Virus record (IMG/VR): IMGVR_UViG_3300030518_000008
Strand: one strand, 5' to 3'
Length of the DNA: 64,000 nucleotides
From: an uncultured virus (IMG/VR IMGVR_UViG_3300030518_000008)
Taxonomy: Duplodnaviria > Heunggongvirae > Uroviricota > Caudoviricetes
Positions 48,216-58,225 of this stretch are shown here, one piece after another. Under the pieces are notes generated by a model that worked only from the letters and a program-made list of their open reading frames with translations, was not told where the DNA came from and did no database searches. The position numbers were made by a program, and so were the translations under genes. Numbering within the stretch: the first letter of the stretch is position 1; every line of letters begins with the position of its first letter.

Positions 48216-49295
48216 TCAGCCTCCCAGCGCAATGCGGCGGGCGTCAATAGCCGCTGCCGCCAGCCCCCAGCATTTCGGGTTGCGTTCGCGCAACCCGCGC
48301 AAAACCTCCCTTCCCGCGCCCTCGCTCCACTTGTTCAGTGTCGTCAGCTCGGTAATCTCGGCGACTTCCTCTCGGATGTGGTCGACCAGCAGGACAGCAT
48401 CGATCTCAGGGTCCGGCACATACGTAACAACGTCAGCTTCCGGCTCTGGCTCGGGCGGCATCTTCGGAGACAGCCGGTTGACGGCTTTCGTCAGCGCATC
48501 CTGCAAGATGGCCCTGACGGTGCTTGGCGCCTGATCCATCGTCTTCCTCACCACCGACATGGCGGTAATATAGTTGAGCTGATCGGCGGTCTCGGCACGC
48601 TCGCAAGCCGCCACGAACAGCTTGATCCACTTGCCGCCATCCGGTTGATCATTCAGTGCCGCACTCACTTTTTGCTCAAACGTCAGCTCGGCCGCCCTGG
48701 CGGGCGGCTCGGGATCGGGTGTGTAGCGGGTCTGTGCGGCAGGCCGGCGCCCCGCGGCAGCAGCATGCCCGTCGTCATCCTCGTCCTCGCGCACGATGTT
48801 CAGTAGCATCTCCGCGCAGTATCGCTTGCCGTAGCTCAACGTACTGCCGATCTGCTGGAGCGGGTTGCGCCCCGGCCCGCTGTCGATCGGCATGGGCAGG
48901 CTCGCCGTTTGCGTGTGGCCGCCGCGGTGGTGCAGTGTGCCCTTGACGTGCAAGCCAGACGGGCCGTTCACCACGTCGAAAGAGAACCACAAGCCAAGCT
49001 CGCGCATGACGGGCCGAATGACGGCGTCCATGTCTTCCCACTTGGCGAAGCTGTATGAGCCCTTGCCGCCAAGGCTGGCTGTACCAAGCTTGGAAACCCG
49101 CAGATCGCATCGGTGATTGAAGTCCGCCATCGCTGCGTTGAACTGCTCCAGCGCATCCCGATCCAGGATGCGGTTCTGCATTTCCAGCAGGGCCATCATC
49201 TTCTCTATGTTCACCCGCTCGTCGGTCGCGGCGCGGGCGATCACTTCCAGCAGCACGCCGCCGGGTGATGGCGTGTGTGGTACAATTTCGTTCAT
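48216..49295 (-). CDS. erf: ERF-family ssDNA annealing protein
   Basis: YSFAKWEDM, LHHRGGH, QQIGSTLSYGKRY, DEDDDG. Confidence 0.9.
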   Translation of the reverse strand: MNEIVPHTPSPGGVLLEVIARAATDERVNIEKMMALLEMQNRILDRDALEQFNAAMADFNHRCDLRVSKLGTASLGGKGSYSFAKWEDMDAVIRPVMRELGLWFSFDVVNGPSGLHVKGTLHHRGGHTQTASLPMPIDSGPGRNPLQQIGSTLSYGKRYCAEMLLNIVREDEDDDGHAAAAGRRPAAQTRYTPDPEPPARAAELTFEQKVSAALNDQPDGGKWIKLFVAACERAETADQLNYITAMSVVRKTMDQAPSTVRAILQDALTKAVNRLSPKMPPEPEPEADVVTYVPDPEIDAVLLVDHIREEVAEITELTTLNKWSEGAGREVLRGLRERNPKCWGLAAAAIDARRIALGG

Positions 49296-49303
49296 GTCAG
49301 ATC

Positions 49304-49825
49304 CTAGCGGGTTCGAATCACGATGTAGCTTTGCGGATTGCGCAGCTCGGCACCCTCGACGACAACGCCGTTTTTCAGTTCTTCCAAGATCGCTTTCTTG
49401 TCGGGCGTCACTTTTAAATCCACCTTTTTGAGCGCTGCCGGCAGCTTTTCCAGGTTCGTGATGACCACGCTCTCTTTGCCGGGCGCCGTCGAAAAAGCCA
49501 AGTCGCCGTAGTCGTGTTTGCGGATGCCTAGCTCGGCGGCGAGCTGGGCGGCCTCATCGCGCAGGATCTGCTCGCGAGCCAGAAAACGATCCTTGCGCAA
49601 ACCAATGGCCGCCGCGCGCTGGGCCGCGACAATCGCCAGATCACTATAATGGACAGCACCGCGCAGCAGACCGCCAAGAATTTCTGTGGCGTCCCTGGTG
49701 GCGCCGGTGATCTGATCAAGCATTTCGTCGTCGTGGATTTCTTCGCGGGCGAATGCCTCACGAACACGATTCAGTCTCGAAAGCGCTGCCTCAATCTGAA
49801 AAGCGCTGGGTGGTTTGGCTGACAT
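49304..49825 (-). CDS. Gp157-like (host nuclease inhibitor-like) protein
   Basis: PDKKAILEELKNGVVVEGAELRN; adjacent to erf. Confidence 0.8.
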   Translation of the reverse strand: MSAKPPSAFQIEAALSRLNRVREAFAREEIHDDEMLDQITGATRDATEILGGLLRGAVHYSDLAIVAAQRAAAIGLRKDRFLAREQILRDEAAQLAAELGIRKHDYGDLAFSTAPGKESVVITNLEKLPAALKKVDLKVTPDKKAILEELKNGVVVEGAELRNPQSYIVIRTR

Positions 49826-49948
49826 GGAAACCCCCTTTGTTGCTTTGGCGCCACACTGCGAACATGCAGGCGCATGCAGACTTTCTACCAAGACGGGAAA
49901 ATTCCGACAAGCACAAAAAGACGCAAACGCACACAATCGCACTTGCTT

Positions 49949-49978
49949 CGCCCAAGACGCGAAGTTATGTCTTGGGCG
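49949..49978. promoter_or_regulatory. Operator-like inverted repeat in a divergent promoter region
   Basis: CGCCCAAGAC-10 nt-GTCTTGGGCG directly before the Cro-like gene. Confidence 0.5.
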
Positions 49979-50187
49979 TGTTAACCATTCCGACATGCTC
50001 CGAGCTGGAAGATGCAGCGCACAGCATCAGAATCAGCATGCGTCGTATCTGCTTAGAAGCGGGCGTCTCACCAACAGTCTACTACCGCTGGCGCCGTCTC
50101 AAATGTTCACCCCGAGCGGTTACAGTCCAAAAACTGATTTTCGTTATCAACAAAAAACTTGATGGGGGCCGCACTGCCTTGGGATGA
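49978..50187 (+). CDS. Cro-like HTH regulator
   Basis: SMRRICLEAGVSPTVYYRWR...SPRAVTVQKL. Confidence 0.7.
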   Translation: MLTIPTCSELEDAAHSIRISMRRICLEAGVSPTVYYRWRRLKCSPRAVTVQKLIFVINKKLDGGRTALG

Positions 50188-50632
50188 GGCCTGGCTCGCC
50201 GATTACCGTGCCAGGATGGACGGGTTGAAATCCCTGCCAGCCCTTCCCGACAGCGTGCAGTTCTGCCTGCCGTTTCTGCTCAAGCTGCCTCGGCAAACGC
50301 TGGGGCGGCACTGGAGCGAGGCGGCCCGCTACAGGAAGTGGCTGCGGCCTCACGTCGAGGCTGCCGTTCGCCCCTGGCTTGGTCATGCGCCGATGAAAAA
50401 AGCGCAGATCACGATTACCCGCGTCTCGACCGGCTGCGGCGTCGATTACGATAACAACGTCAGCTCGACAAAGCCGCTGGTGGATTTGCTGCTGATACAA
50501 AGCTCGGTTCACCCGTCCTCACTGGGGCTGATCGAGGACGATGATCCGGCGCGACTGACGCGCATCATCCGCTGGGAGCGCTGCGCGACACGCAAGGAAC
50601 AACGCACGGAAATAATAATCGAGAGGGCATAA
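50159..50632 (+). CDS. RusA-like Holliday junction resolvase
   Basis: DYDN...KPLVDLL...GLIEDDD. Confidence 0.7.
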   Translation: MMGAALPWDEAWLADYRARMDGLKSLPALPDSVQFCLPFLLKLPRQTLGRHWSEAARYRKWLRPHVEAAVRPWLGHAPMKKAQITITRVSTGCGVDYDNNVSSTKPLVDLLLIQSSVHPSSLGLIEDDDPARLTRIIRWERCATRKEQRTEIIIERA

Positions 50633-51228
50633 TGGGAAATAAAACAGGCTCACGCTGGCCGAAAGAACGCGATGACAGGCTGGCCGCCATGTGGCGCGAT
50701 CCGGATAAAACCGTCGCTGATGTCAGCGTCGAACTGGGCGTCACCTGGGCGGCGATAAAGCGCAAGGCCGAACGGCTGCGGCTTGGCCCCAAGATCGTCA
50801 AGGACGGGAATCGCCTGTACTGGTCAGCGGACGAAGACGCTGTCTTGAGACGCGGGTTGAAGCGCGGCTCATCCTGGGCTGACATCGCCCGCGTGCTTCC
50901 ACCCCGCTCGATGGACTCCTGCCGCAAGCGCGCTTGTTATCTGGGGATTGTCCGCGAAGAACCTATCGAGCCGCCGCTGCCGCCGTTGCCGCCGCGGATT
51001 GTGCCGAAGGTGATCAGGTTGCCGGTCTGCCAGGCCCAGCCGGCGCATCCCGTCCGCGTGCTGATTGTGCCGCCGGCGCATGACTGTCAGTTCCCGTTGT
51101 GGAGCGATGGAACACCACGCTTTGAGCGGCGGGTTTGCGAATCCCCAGTCTGGCGCGGCAGCTATTGCAGGTGCCACTGGGAGAAATGCTACGAGACGGT
51201 GGGCGAGCGGATTTTGGAGATGGCATGA
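50632..51228 (+). CDS. GcrA-like regulator with tandem Myb/HTH repeats
   Basis: Two W...D..L...IA..L repeats; CQFPLW...C...GSYCRCH. Confidence 0.7.
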   Translation: MGNKTGSRWPKERDDRLAAMWRDPDKTVADVSVELGVTWAAIKRKAERLRLGPKIVKDGNRLYWSADEDAVLRRGLKRGSSWADIARVLPPRSMDSCRKRACYLGIVREEPIEPPLPPLPPRIVPKVIRLPVCQAQPAHPVRVLIVPPAHDCQFPLWSDGTPRFERRVCESPVWRGSYCRCHWEKCYETVGERILEMA

Positions 51229-51542
51229 TGGCTGACGGAGATGATGTTGTCGGCTGGCGCGTTCACCTGATCCAGCCGCTCGAAACGGTATCGAATATCA
51301 AGTCCGACCATTATTCGGTTGACTTCAAGACCAAAGAGGAAGCCGACGCCTACAAACGAAAAATGCAGGCAGAAGGCTGGGTTGCCAACACAAGCCCGGT
51401 TTTACCTGTCGCCGCAAGTGAGGGGAAAATGAGAAAAACAACACAGGGGCGAGCAGCCCCACCGGGGTTCAATGCAGACTGGCGCCTGCACGGCAGCGCG
51501 CCGCCCGTAGGGGCGGACAGCAAATCGCGGGAGCGTGGCTGA
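51225..51542 (+). CDS. Hypothetical protein
   Basis: ATGA-coupled; GGAG RBS. Confidence 0.55.
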   Translation: MMADGDDVVGWRVHLIQPLETVSNIKSDHYSVDFKTKEEADAYKRKMQAEGWVANTSPVLPVAASEGKMRKTTQGRAAPPGFNADWRLHGSAPPVGADSKSRERG

Positions 51543-52800
51543 GCGAGGCCCGCCAGCAAACTTACTCGCCGAACGCGGACTACTAGGCGCGATCCTGGTT
51601 AACAACAAAACCGTGGATCGATGCGCCGGGCTTTCTGGCGAGGATTTTTACTGGCCGGCGCACGGCCTGCTGTTCGAGGCCATGCGCTCACGGATCGAGC
51701 AGGGGCGATCCGTCGATCCGATCGTGATGCAGTCGTTCGCGGATGTGGTGTTTGAGGGAGAGAGTGGCGTTGTCTATCTGATGAAGCTCGCCTCGATGGT
51801 GATCGGCACGCTGATGATCAAAGAGTATGCGCAGTCCATCATGGACTGCGCACTGCGGCGGCGAATCATCGAGGTAGCCGAGACGATGATCGCCGAGGCG
51901 CACGGCACCGAGCCCGGCCTGGTCACATCAACGGCGGCTGTCGCCGCCATAGAGCAGGCTACAAACCGTTATGCGGTGGCGGGCACCACTTCGATAGGTA
52001 GAGCGGTTGCCGTCGCCGTGGCGCAAGCCAGCGCGAGACAGAGGGGGGAGAAGACAGGTCATTACCTGATGACCGGCTGCAAGCCGCTGGATAACATCTG
52101 GCGCGGCTTGCACAACGGGGCGCTGGAAATTCTCGGCGGCCGGGCCGGATCGGGCAAGACGGCGCTGGCGCGCCAGATCGCGCGCCATGTCGCCGCCAAA
52201 GGCGCGGCGGTTGCGTTTTTCTCGCTGGAAATGCCGCATGCCGATCTGGCGACGGCTGATCTGTCCAGCGTCAGCGGCGTGTCGATGGATACCATTCGTT
52301 TGGGCGAGTTCGATAACCGCCAGGCAGAGGCGATACTTCGCGCAGAGAAATACCTCGCCCAGCTTCCGATCCACATTGTCGACACACCCGGCCTGCCGAT
52401 CGATCAGGCAGTGTCGAGGATGCGCGCGATGGTGCGCACCGTTGGCGCCAAGCTCGTGATCGTGGATCACCGGGACCAGTTTGGCCGCGATTCCAAAGAC
52501 CGCGACGACATCGGGTGGTATCGCAACATCACCCAGGTATTAAAGGTTACGGCAAAATCCCTGAATATCCCGATCCTCTTACTCGTTCAGCTTTCACGAG
52601 ACATCGAGCGGCGCGAGAACAAGACGCCAAGAATGAGCGATCTGATGTATTCCGGCGAAGCGGATGCCGACACCATCATTCTGATGCACCGCGAGGGCGA
52701 TGTCGCCACCGCGTCATTCGTCAAGCGCCGGTTCGGCGCGCTGGGCAATGTGCGGCTGCATTTCGCCGAAGTGTCCACTACATTCGGATCGTGGACTTAG
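51535..52800 (+). CDS. dnaB: Replicative DNA helicase
   Basis: AERGLLGAIL N-domain, GRAGSGKT, FFSLEM, LVIVDH, VQLSR, EADAD. Confidence 0.95.
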   Translation: MAERGPPANLLAERGLLGAILVNNKTVDRCAGLSGEDFYWPAHGLLFEAMRSRIEQGRSVDPIVMQSFADVVFEGESGVVYLMKLASMVIGTLMIKEYAQSIMDCALRRRIIEVAETMIAEAHGTEPGLVTSTAAVAAIEQATNRYAVAGTTSIGRAVAVAVAQASARQRGEKTGHYLMTGCKPLDNIWRGLHNGALEILGGRAGSGKTALARQIARHVAAKGAAVAFFSLEMPHADLATADLSSVSGVSMDTIRLGEFDNRQAEAILRAEKYLAQLPIHIVDTPGLPIDQAVSRMRAMVRTVGAKLVIVDHRDQFGRDSKDRDDIGWYRNITQVLKVTAKSLNIPILLLVQLSRDIERRENKTPRMSDLMYSGEADADTIILMHREGDVATASFVKRRFGALGNVRLHFAEVSTTFGSWT

Positions 52801-52828
52801 CCTGGATCTGCCATTAAATGAAATGCCC

Positions 52829-54589
52829 ATGAAGCACGCTGTCGCAGCCGCCGCCCTGTGTCTTGTCGCCGCATCGCCCGCAGTGGCGCAGCGCGGGCCG
52901 CAGAGCGGGGGGCCGGCGGCAAGCATCCTGGCCGGCGTCAACCTGAGCCTTGGCAACATCACCACCAGCGCAGGCACCACACAGACCGCGGCGGCATGGC
53001 TCACATCCCTGACCGGCGTGGTTATCCCTGACAGCACAAACTACAACTCAGGAAAATACACCGCCTATCTGGCACCGTTCGGGCTGAGCGGGGCCACGTA
53101 CACCGAGAGCATGACGGTCAATCCCGCGCTGTTTCCCGGCACGGCCAACACTGTCTGGAGCCTTCCCACCTGGTCGGGCGGCATTCGCAACTTCCTGGCA
53201 ATCGACTACGGGGATTATGACGGCACGGTGCCGACGATCCCCGTCACGCCGTCACAGATCAACAACATCGTCACGCTACAGGAAACCCATTCGATCACGC
53301 TCGGCGGCGATACCGCCAACTTCGATGTGATTGACGATCAGTTCCTGACATCGACGGCCGGCAACAACGCAAACAACATCTACGAAGTCGAAATACTGCT
53401 GCACACGCCTTCGTTCGTGCAAAGCAGCTTCCTGGTTCTTCTGGTCCCGATCGGATCGTTCACCTCAGCGACGACGGGCATAACCTGGAATTTCGCGGAG
53501 GGTGTCGGCGCCATTCCCGATCTGGTGTTTTACCCGTCCGGCTACACGGACGAGCTGATCGGCACGGTCGATATCGGCGAAATGCTCAAGTATCTTGTTG
53601 GCATCGGCTTTCTGACCGGGTCTGAATGGTGGAACGGGTTTGGCCAGGGCGACGAGGTGAAACAGAATGCCGGATCGGCGCTGACCAACTACTTTTACGT
53701 TAACTACGTCACTGGCGCCCCGCCGTCCACGCGGCTGATCACCACGGCCGGACCCGTGACCGAGCAGGGCAGCGAAAGCACGATCATTCTCGCCAAGACC
53801 GGCGCGCAGCAATGGTCACCGACACAGAAAAACTCAGCCATCGTGCTTGGCAACCTGGGCCTCAGCGCCGCCAGCACCCTGGCGGCGACGAATACCGAGG
53901 CGTTCGCCAACAACGGCGTATCGAGCGGCCTCTATTATTATGAGGTCGTGCCCACCCCCTACTCCGCGACAGACGGAGCTGCCACCGGCCTCGGCAACAC
54001 ATCCTCCAGCACTGCCAACGGCGCCTACCTGGGCAGCACGAGCGATACCGTGCAGTGGGCATACGGTGGCGGCGTGGTCAACGGCGGCAACTTCTCGTAC
54101 GGCACCTGGGCGACGTGGACCACGGGCAACGTGCTGTGCTGGGCCATTGATCTCACCCACCACATGATGTGGGGGCGGGTGAACAACGGCAACTGGAACA
54201 ACAGCGGCACCGCCAACCCGGCGACAAACGCCGGCGGCTTGGCCATTCCCGCCGGCGTCTACGCATCACCGCTGGTGCCTGGCCTTCAATTCGCGCAGTC
54301 AGGCGACACCTTTGCGGCACACTTCAGCAGCGGATCATGGACTTACACGGCGCCATCGGGCTTCGGCTCCATGAATGCGGCGGGGGCCGCCACGACGTTG
54401 ACGCTGATGACATCGCCGCCGACAGGACAGACGCTGACGGTCATCGATGGTCTCGGCAACGCGGGCACATACAACACCACGGTTGTTCCGGCGTCCGGGT
54501 TGATCGGTGGCGCGTCTAACAAGGTCATCAGCACCAACTATGGGTCGTTCGTGTTCACCTACACGGGCACCGGCTGGAACGTGAAGTAA
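52829..54589 (+). CDS. Signal-peptide protein with GH12-like and SPRY-like domains
   Basis: AVA-Q leader; YEVEILLH and GQGDEV; GLYYYEV, CWAIDL. Confidence 0.6.
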   Translation: MKHAVAAAALCLVAASPAVAQRGPQSGGPAASILAGVNLSLGNITTSAGTTQTAAAWLTSLTGVVIPDSTNYNSGKYTAYLAPFGLSGATYTESMTVNPALFPGTANTVWSLPTWSGGIRNFLAIDYGDYDGTVPTIPVTPSQINNIVTLQETHSITLGGDTANFDVIDDQFLTSTAGNNANNIYEVEILLHTPSFVQSSFLVLLVPIGSFTSATTGITWNFAEGVGAIPDLVFYPSGYTDELIGTVDIGEMLKYLVGIGFLTGSEWWNGFGQGDEVKQNAGSALTNYFYVNYVTGAPPSTRLITTAGPVTEQGSESTIILAKTGAQQWSPTQKNSAIVLGNLGLSAASTLAATNTEAFANNGVSSGLYYYEVVPTPYSATDGAATGLGNTSSSTANGAYLGSTSDTVQWAYGGGVVNGGNFSYGTWATWTTGNVLCWAIDLTHHMMWGRVNNGNWNNSGTANPATNAGGLAIPAGVYASPLVPGLQFAQSGDTFAAHFSSGSWTYTAPSGFGSMNAAGAATTLTLMTSPPTGQTLTVIDGLGNAGTYNTTVVPASGLIGGASNKVISTNYGSFVFTYTGTGWNVK

Positions 54590-54596
54590 TCTCCGT

Positions 54597-54794
54597 TTAG
54601 GATATTGTCTCGACGCGGCCACTGACGCCGCCACCACAGAACCCACCAGTCGCGCATGTCGTCATGTACGCTGGATCTGTGCTGGCGCAGTGCGGACGGA
54701 ACCCAGCACGGCGCTCTGCCTTGATCCAGACTTCCTTTAGAACCTCTTGCCAGTCAGGTTGATGATCGGCCTTGAGGAAGTATCGATAGGTCAT
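54597..54794 (-). CDS. Hypothetical protein
   Basis: WQEVLKEVWIKAERRAGFRP...ATGGF; AGGA RBS. Confidence 0.6.
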   Translation of the reverse strand: MTYRYFLKADHQPDWQEVLKEVWIKAERRAGFRPHCASTDPAYMTTCATGGFCGGGVSGRVETIS

Positions 54795-54815
54795 GTTTCT
54801 TTCCTGCCCGTTTGG

Positions 54816-55013
54816 CTATCGCCCAGCGATGCGCCGCAGATCGTCCACTTCCCGCGCAGCGGCGGCAAGTGTCGAGCGGGTTAGCTGCCTATGACGCTTG
54901 ATGCCCTCCAATCTGGTAAGATGGACGACTTCATAAGCCTCGGACATATCCAGTTTGCGCGGGTTATCCGTCCACTCTGGGCCTGGATCACCGACGATCT
55001 CAACCTTCATCAC
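54816..55013 (-). CDS. Hypothetical protein
   Basis: GGAGG RBS before GTG. Confidence 0.45.
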   Translation of the reverse strand: MMKVEIVGDPGPEWTDNPRKLDMSEAYEVVHLTRLEGIKRHRQLTRSTLAAAAREVDDLRRIAGR

Positions 55014-55125
55014 GTCGCCTCCGGTTGGTGTGTGGTCTCTGTTGCTGACGTGAATATGGACCACCCGACCCAGTTCGTCAAGTTTTATCTTGCACGTTGG
55101 TTAACTTTCCCCTATATAGAATTTC

Positions 55126-55791
55126 ATGACGCGGACTTACCTATCCAACATCAGGCCGGACTGGCCGACTGCCCGGCAGGAAGAACTGCTTGATCGGGCA
55201 ATTCCCGAATGGCGATCAGGCGCGGTCTATCGAGACATCCTTCCTCGCGCTGGTCTCAAGTCTCGAAGGTCGCTCAAAGAACGCGATACCAACCTGCTGC
55301 GCGCTCACGGTCGAGTGAATGTTGATGAGATTATTTGGGTCGCCAGCTTGACGGTCCTCGCATGGAACACGACCGACCTTATGGCTGTTCTGATGCGGGT
55401 TGCCGCTCGGCATGAGCAGCTTCAGGCCATTGCTGAAAACTTGCTTATCAATCCGGCCAATGCAGACCTGGATGGGCTTAAGACAGCCTTCCGTAGCGCC
55501 TTACGCCGCTTTAGTCCGGCTGGAGTGCCAGGGGGAGAGGCTTCAGGCAAAAGGCGCAGTGAGATTGCCCAGGCTTCCGTGGAGAAGATGCGGCCCTATT
55601 GGGCGCTACCGAGTGCGGATTACCCCACCACCAAACTGTGCAAGGAGTTCGGTGTCTCGCGACCGACAGCGTTCTTGTATCTCGGGAAGCGTAAGGATGC
55701 GCAGAAACAGCATGAAGCCGGGCTAAAGGTCGCGGAATCAAACCGAAAACGAAAGAAGCGTGGAAAGGATTATCAAGATGAACAAGCCTGA
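55126..55791 (+). CDS. Divergent serine-resolvase-like protein with C-terminal HTH
   Basis: YLS...ARQEELL, IWVASLTVLA (corresponding to VxxLDRLxR), KLCKEFGVSRPTAFLYL. Confidence 0.55.
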   Translation: MTRTYLSNIRPDWPTARQEELLDRAIPEWRSGAVYRDILPRAGLKSRRSLKERDTNLLRAHGRVNVDEIIWVASLTVLAWNTTDLMAVLMRVAARHEQLQAIAENLLINPANADLDGLKTAFRSALRRFSPAGVPGGEASGKRRSEIAQASVEKMRPYWALPSADYPTTKLCKEFGVSRPTAFLYLGKRKDAQKQHEAGLKVAESNRKRKKRGKDYQDEQA

Positions 55792-56101
55792 CCCAACCAA
55801 GCCGCAGCGCATCCAGCGCAAACGCGAAAGGGGCTGGAGGATGCCGGAAGGCGCTGTTTATGTCGGACGCCCGACGAAATGGGGTAATCCGTTCCCGTGG
55901 CAAGCGCAGAGCAATTTGTTCAATACAGAGCGCGAAATGCGGGCCGAAGTGGTGGACATGTATCGTGATTGGCGTAGCGATAGCCCGGATTGGGTCAACG
56001 AAGTCAGGACCGAACTAGGAGGCAAATCACTGGCATGCTTCTGTCCGCTAGATCAGCCATGCCACGCCGATGTTTTGTTGGAGATCGCAAATGGCAAGTG
56101 A
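55778..56101 (+). CDS. DUF4326-like protein
   Basis: VYVGRPTKWGNPF, LGGKSLACFC, CHADVLLEIAN. Confidence 0.88.
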   Translation: MNKPDPTKPQRIQRKRERGWRMPEGAVYVGRPTKWGNPFPWQAQSNLFNTEREMRAEVVDMYRDWRSDSPDWVNEVRTELGGKSLACFCPLDQPCHADVLLEIANGK

Positions 56102-56414
56102 CCAACCTGAAACGACAGTCGAATGCTGCGCCTGTCACGGGAAGGGTTCAATGGCGGCCTTCGTTGACGGAGCGGAAGGCGGCCACTTTGACCCAGCAAT
56201 ACGCTGCGGTCTGTGTCTCGGTGAGAAGCGTATATCGGCCACAAAAGCTGATTGGGTGGCGCGCGGCAGGACACACTACAAGGCGCGCGTCGCTCGCGGC
56301 GAAGGCGTTCGTGATTGTGCCAGGCGCCTTGGACTTAGAGCAGCAGAACTTAGCGGCATGGAACATGGCCGCACCGACCCTGGCAGGCTGGAGGCTGAAT
56401 CAAATGCCCGCTGA
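56091..56414 (+). CDS. Zn-finger plus XRE HTH protein
   Basis: CxxCxGxG twice; VRDCARRLGLRAAELSGMEHGR. Confidence 0.7.
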   Translation: MASDQPETTVECCACHGKGSMAAFVDGAEGGHFDPAIRCGLCLGEKRISATKADWVARGRTHYKARVARGEGVRDCARRLGLRAAELSGMEHGRTDPGRLEAESNAR

Positions 56415-56664
56415 AATCCCAACGACCGCCGAACTAAGGGGCTTTCGAGTTCGGGAACACTCCCCTGGAATAATGGGTGTAGAGATTGATAGTGGTGGCG
56501 AGCGGGTGTTCTCAATGGACTACAACCCCCGCACCACAATGGCGTTACGTCAGTTGCTCGATGCCATGCGCCTGGAAGTCAAGATCGGCGCTGAAGGCAT
56601 TCCCGACCTATCAGTCTGGCGTGGAGCGTTCAATATCCCGAAGGCAACCGACGATGCCCGATAA
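56404..56664 (+). CDS. Hypothetical protein
   Basis: GGAGG RBS. Confidence 0.5.
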   Translation: MPAEIPTTAELRGFRVREHSPGIMGVEIDSGGERVFSMDYNPRTTMALRQLLDAMRLEVKIGAEGIPDLSVWRGAFNIPKATDDAR

Positions 56665-56795
56665 CCCGATGACCGCGATCCAGAATCTGAATCCGCTGAA
56701 TTTTCCAAATGCCCCTTTAAGGATTCCGGCGCTGGCCCTATATTCGGTTCGGCTGATGACCGTGACGTGGTCTGTTGTTTCCTCCCTTTCAAACT

Positions 56796-56822
56796 AAAGG
56801 CGCCCTAGGCGCCTTTCTTTTT
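56796..56822. terminator. Intrinsic terminator between convergent operons
   Basis: AAAGGCGCC-cta-GGCGCCTTT followed by a T-tract. Confidence 0.75.
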
Positions 56823-56959
56823 ACATTTCCGAGGCCACGACGATCGCGAGCAGCACCACGCCAGAAATGGCGATGATGCAGGCTATCAGGACGGGCCAGG
56901 CGGTTTCCGCCATGTGGTAACGCGGCGCTGGCGGTTCGTCCGGTGGCGGGCGCCCCCAG

Positions 56960-57163
56960 TTATCGTGATTCCCGTCGAACGGCATCGGTCCTCTCCATCT
57001 GGTTTAGAACCAGCGTAACCCATTTGGGAAAGGGGCGGAAAATTCCGCCCCTTGTCTTGCCCCAGCCTCCGACCGTGTTCTTGTTGCATCCGGTCAGCTC
57101 GGCGAAATCCAGAATTGACAGTCCGCGACTGCGCAGTTCATCGCGGAATTCCATCGGCGTCAC
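56960..57163 (-). CDS. Small HTH protein
   Basis: EFRDELRSRGLSILDFAELTGCNKNTVGGW. Confidence 0.7.
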   Translation of the reverse strand: MTPMEFRDELRSRGLSILDFAELTGCNKNTVGGWGKTRGGIFRPFPKWVTLVLNQMERTDAVRRESR

Positions 57164-57879
57164 CGGCCGGAATCCGATGCGTTGCGGGCAAGGTCGACCA
57201 TGCTCGGCGTGAGTTGAATGCTATAAATTGACATTTGTTCCCCTCAGTCCTTGATGGAATCTGATACGTCGCTCCCCTGCGGGAAGCGGAAAGCTGTCCA
57301 TGACACCCATAGCTGCCATGGCGCATCGTCAGTCAGCCGCTTCGGCCGTGGCGGTATCGTCAACGGATCTGGCGATTTCTCGTGAACGGTCAGCAGCCTT
57401 AGATCTAGCTTGTTCAAGTTTGTTTCCCCTGATTTTCTGGTGGCAGCGCTGCCTTAGTCGAGCGGCGCGCGTCAGCAGCAGACGCACGCCTAGCTCCGGA
57501 TCGTCAGTCATGTAGCAGCGCCGGAAGATACTTCGATGTGGCGATAAGCTCCATCGATGAGCGGCCCATGCTGCAAGGGCGCCAAGTGCTAAGGATCAGT
57601 TCGGCAAAGGGCAGTCGGTGAAACATCTCCTCTGCCTCTTTGAGCGTGAGAAAGTCACGGCATAGCGTGGCGCTGATAACCTGATAGGTGGTCATGCGGC
57701 ATGTTCTCCTGTGCCAGGTGCATTTTCCGGTGTCAGCAGCATCAGCACGAAATCAATGCGTCGCTGCAAATCCGTTGGTGGTGGCGGTTCATGGTGTCCG
57801 GCTTGCCGTAATGCGCGGTAGGCATCAGCAAGTTGGCCAACCAACTTCATCTGGTAGCTTGTCATATATGTTTTCTCCC

Positions 57880-58224
57880 CTAGCCGTCTCCGGAGCCGCC
57901 ACGGTAGCCGTCGCCGCCGCCCCAGCCGTAGCCGTCGCCGGCGCCAGAGCCACCGCCGTAGCCACCGCCCCAGCCGTCACCGTAGCCGTCGCCGAAGCCG
58001 CAGCCGTCACCTTCGCCGCCACCCCAGCCGTAGCCGTCGCCGGCGCCGCCGCTGTAGCCGTCACCGTACCCCAGGCCGCAGCCGTCGCCGGAGCCCCAGC
58101 CGGAGCCCAAGCCGTAGCTGGGGCCCCAGCCGAGGCCGAGGCCGGGGCTGGAGCCGGAGCCGTAGACGTAGCCGGAGCCGCCATCCCAGCCGTCACCGTC
58201 GTGGCCGTGGTGTCTGGTCGCCAC
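57880..58224 (-). repeat. GGY-NNN hexamer array, (Gly-X)n ORF or RNA repeat
   Basis: About 50 units of GGC/GGT plus a variable triplet; directly after the DUF6948-like gene. Confidence 0.8.
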
Positions 58225-58225
58225 A

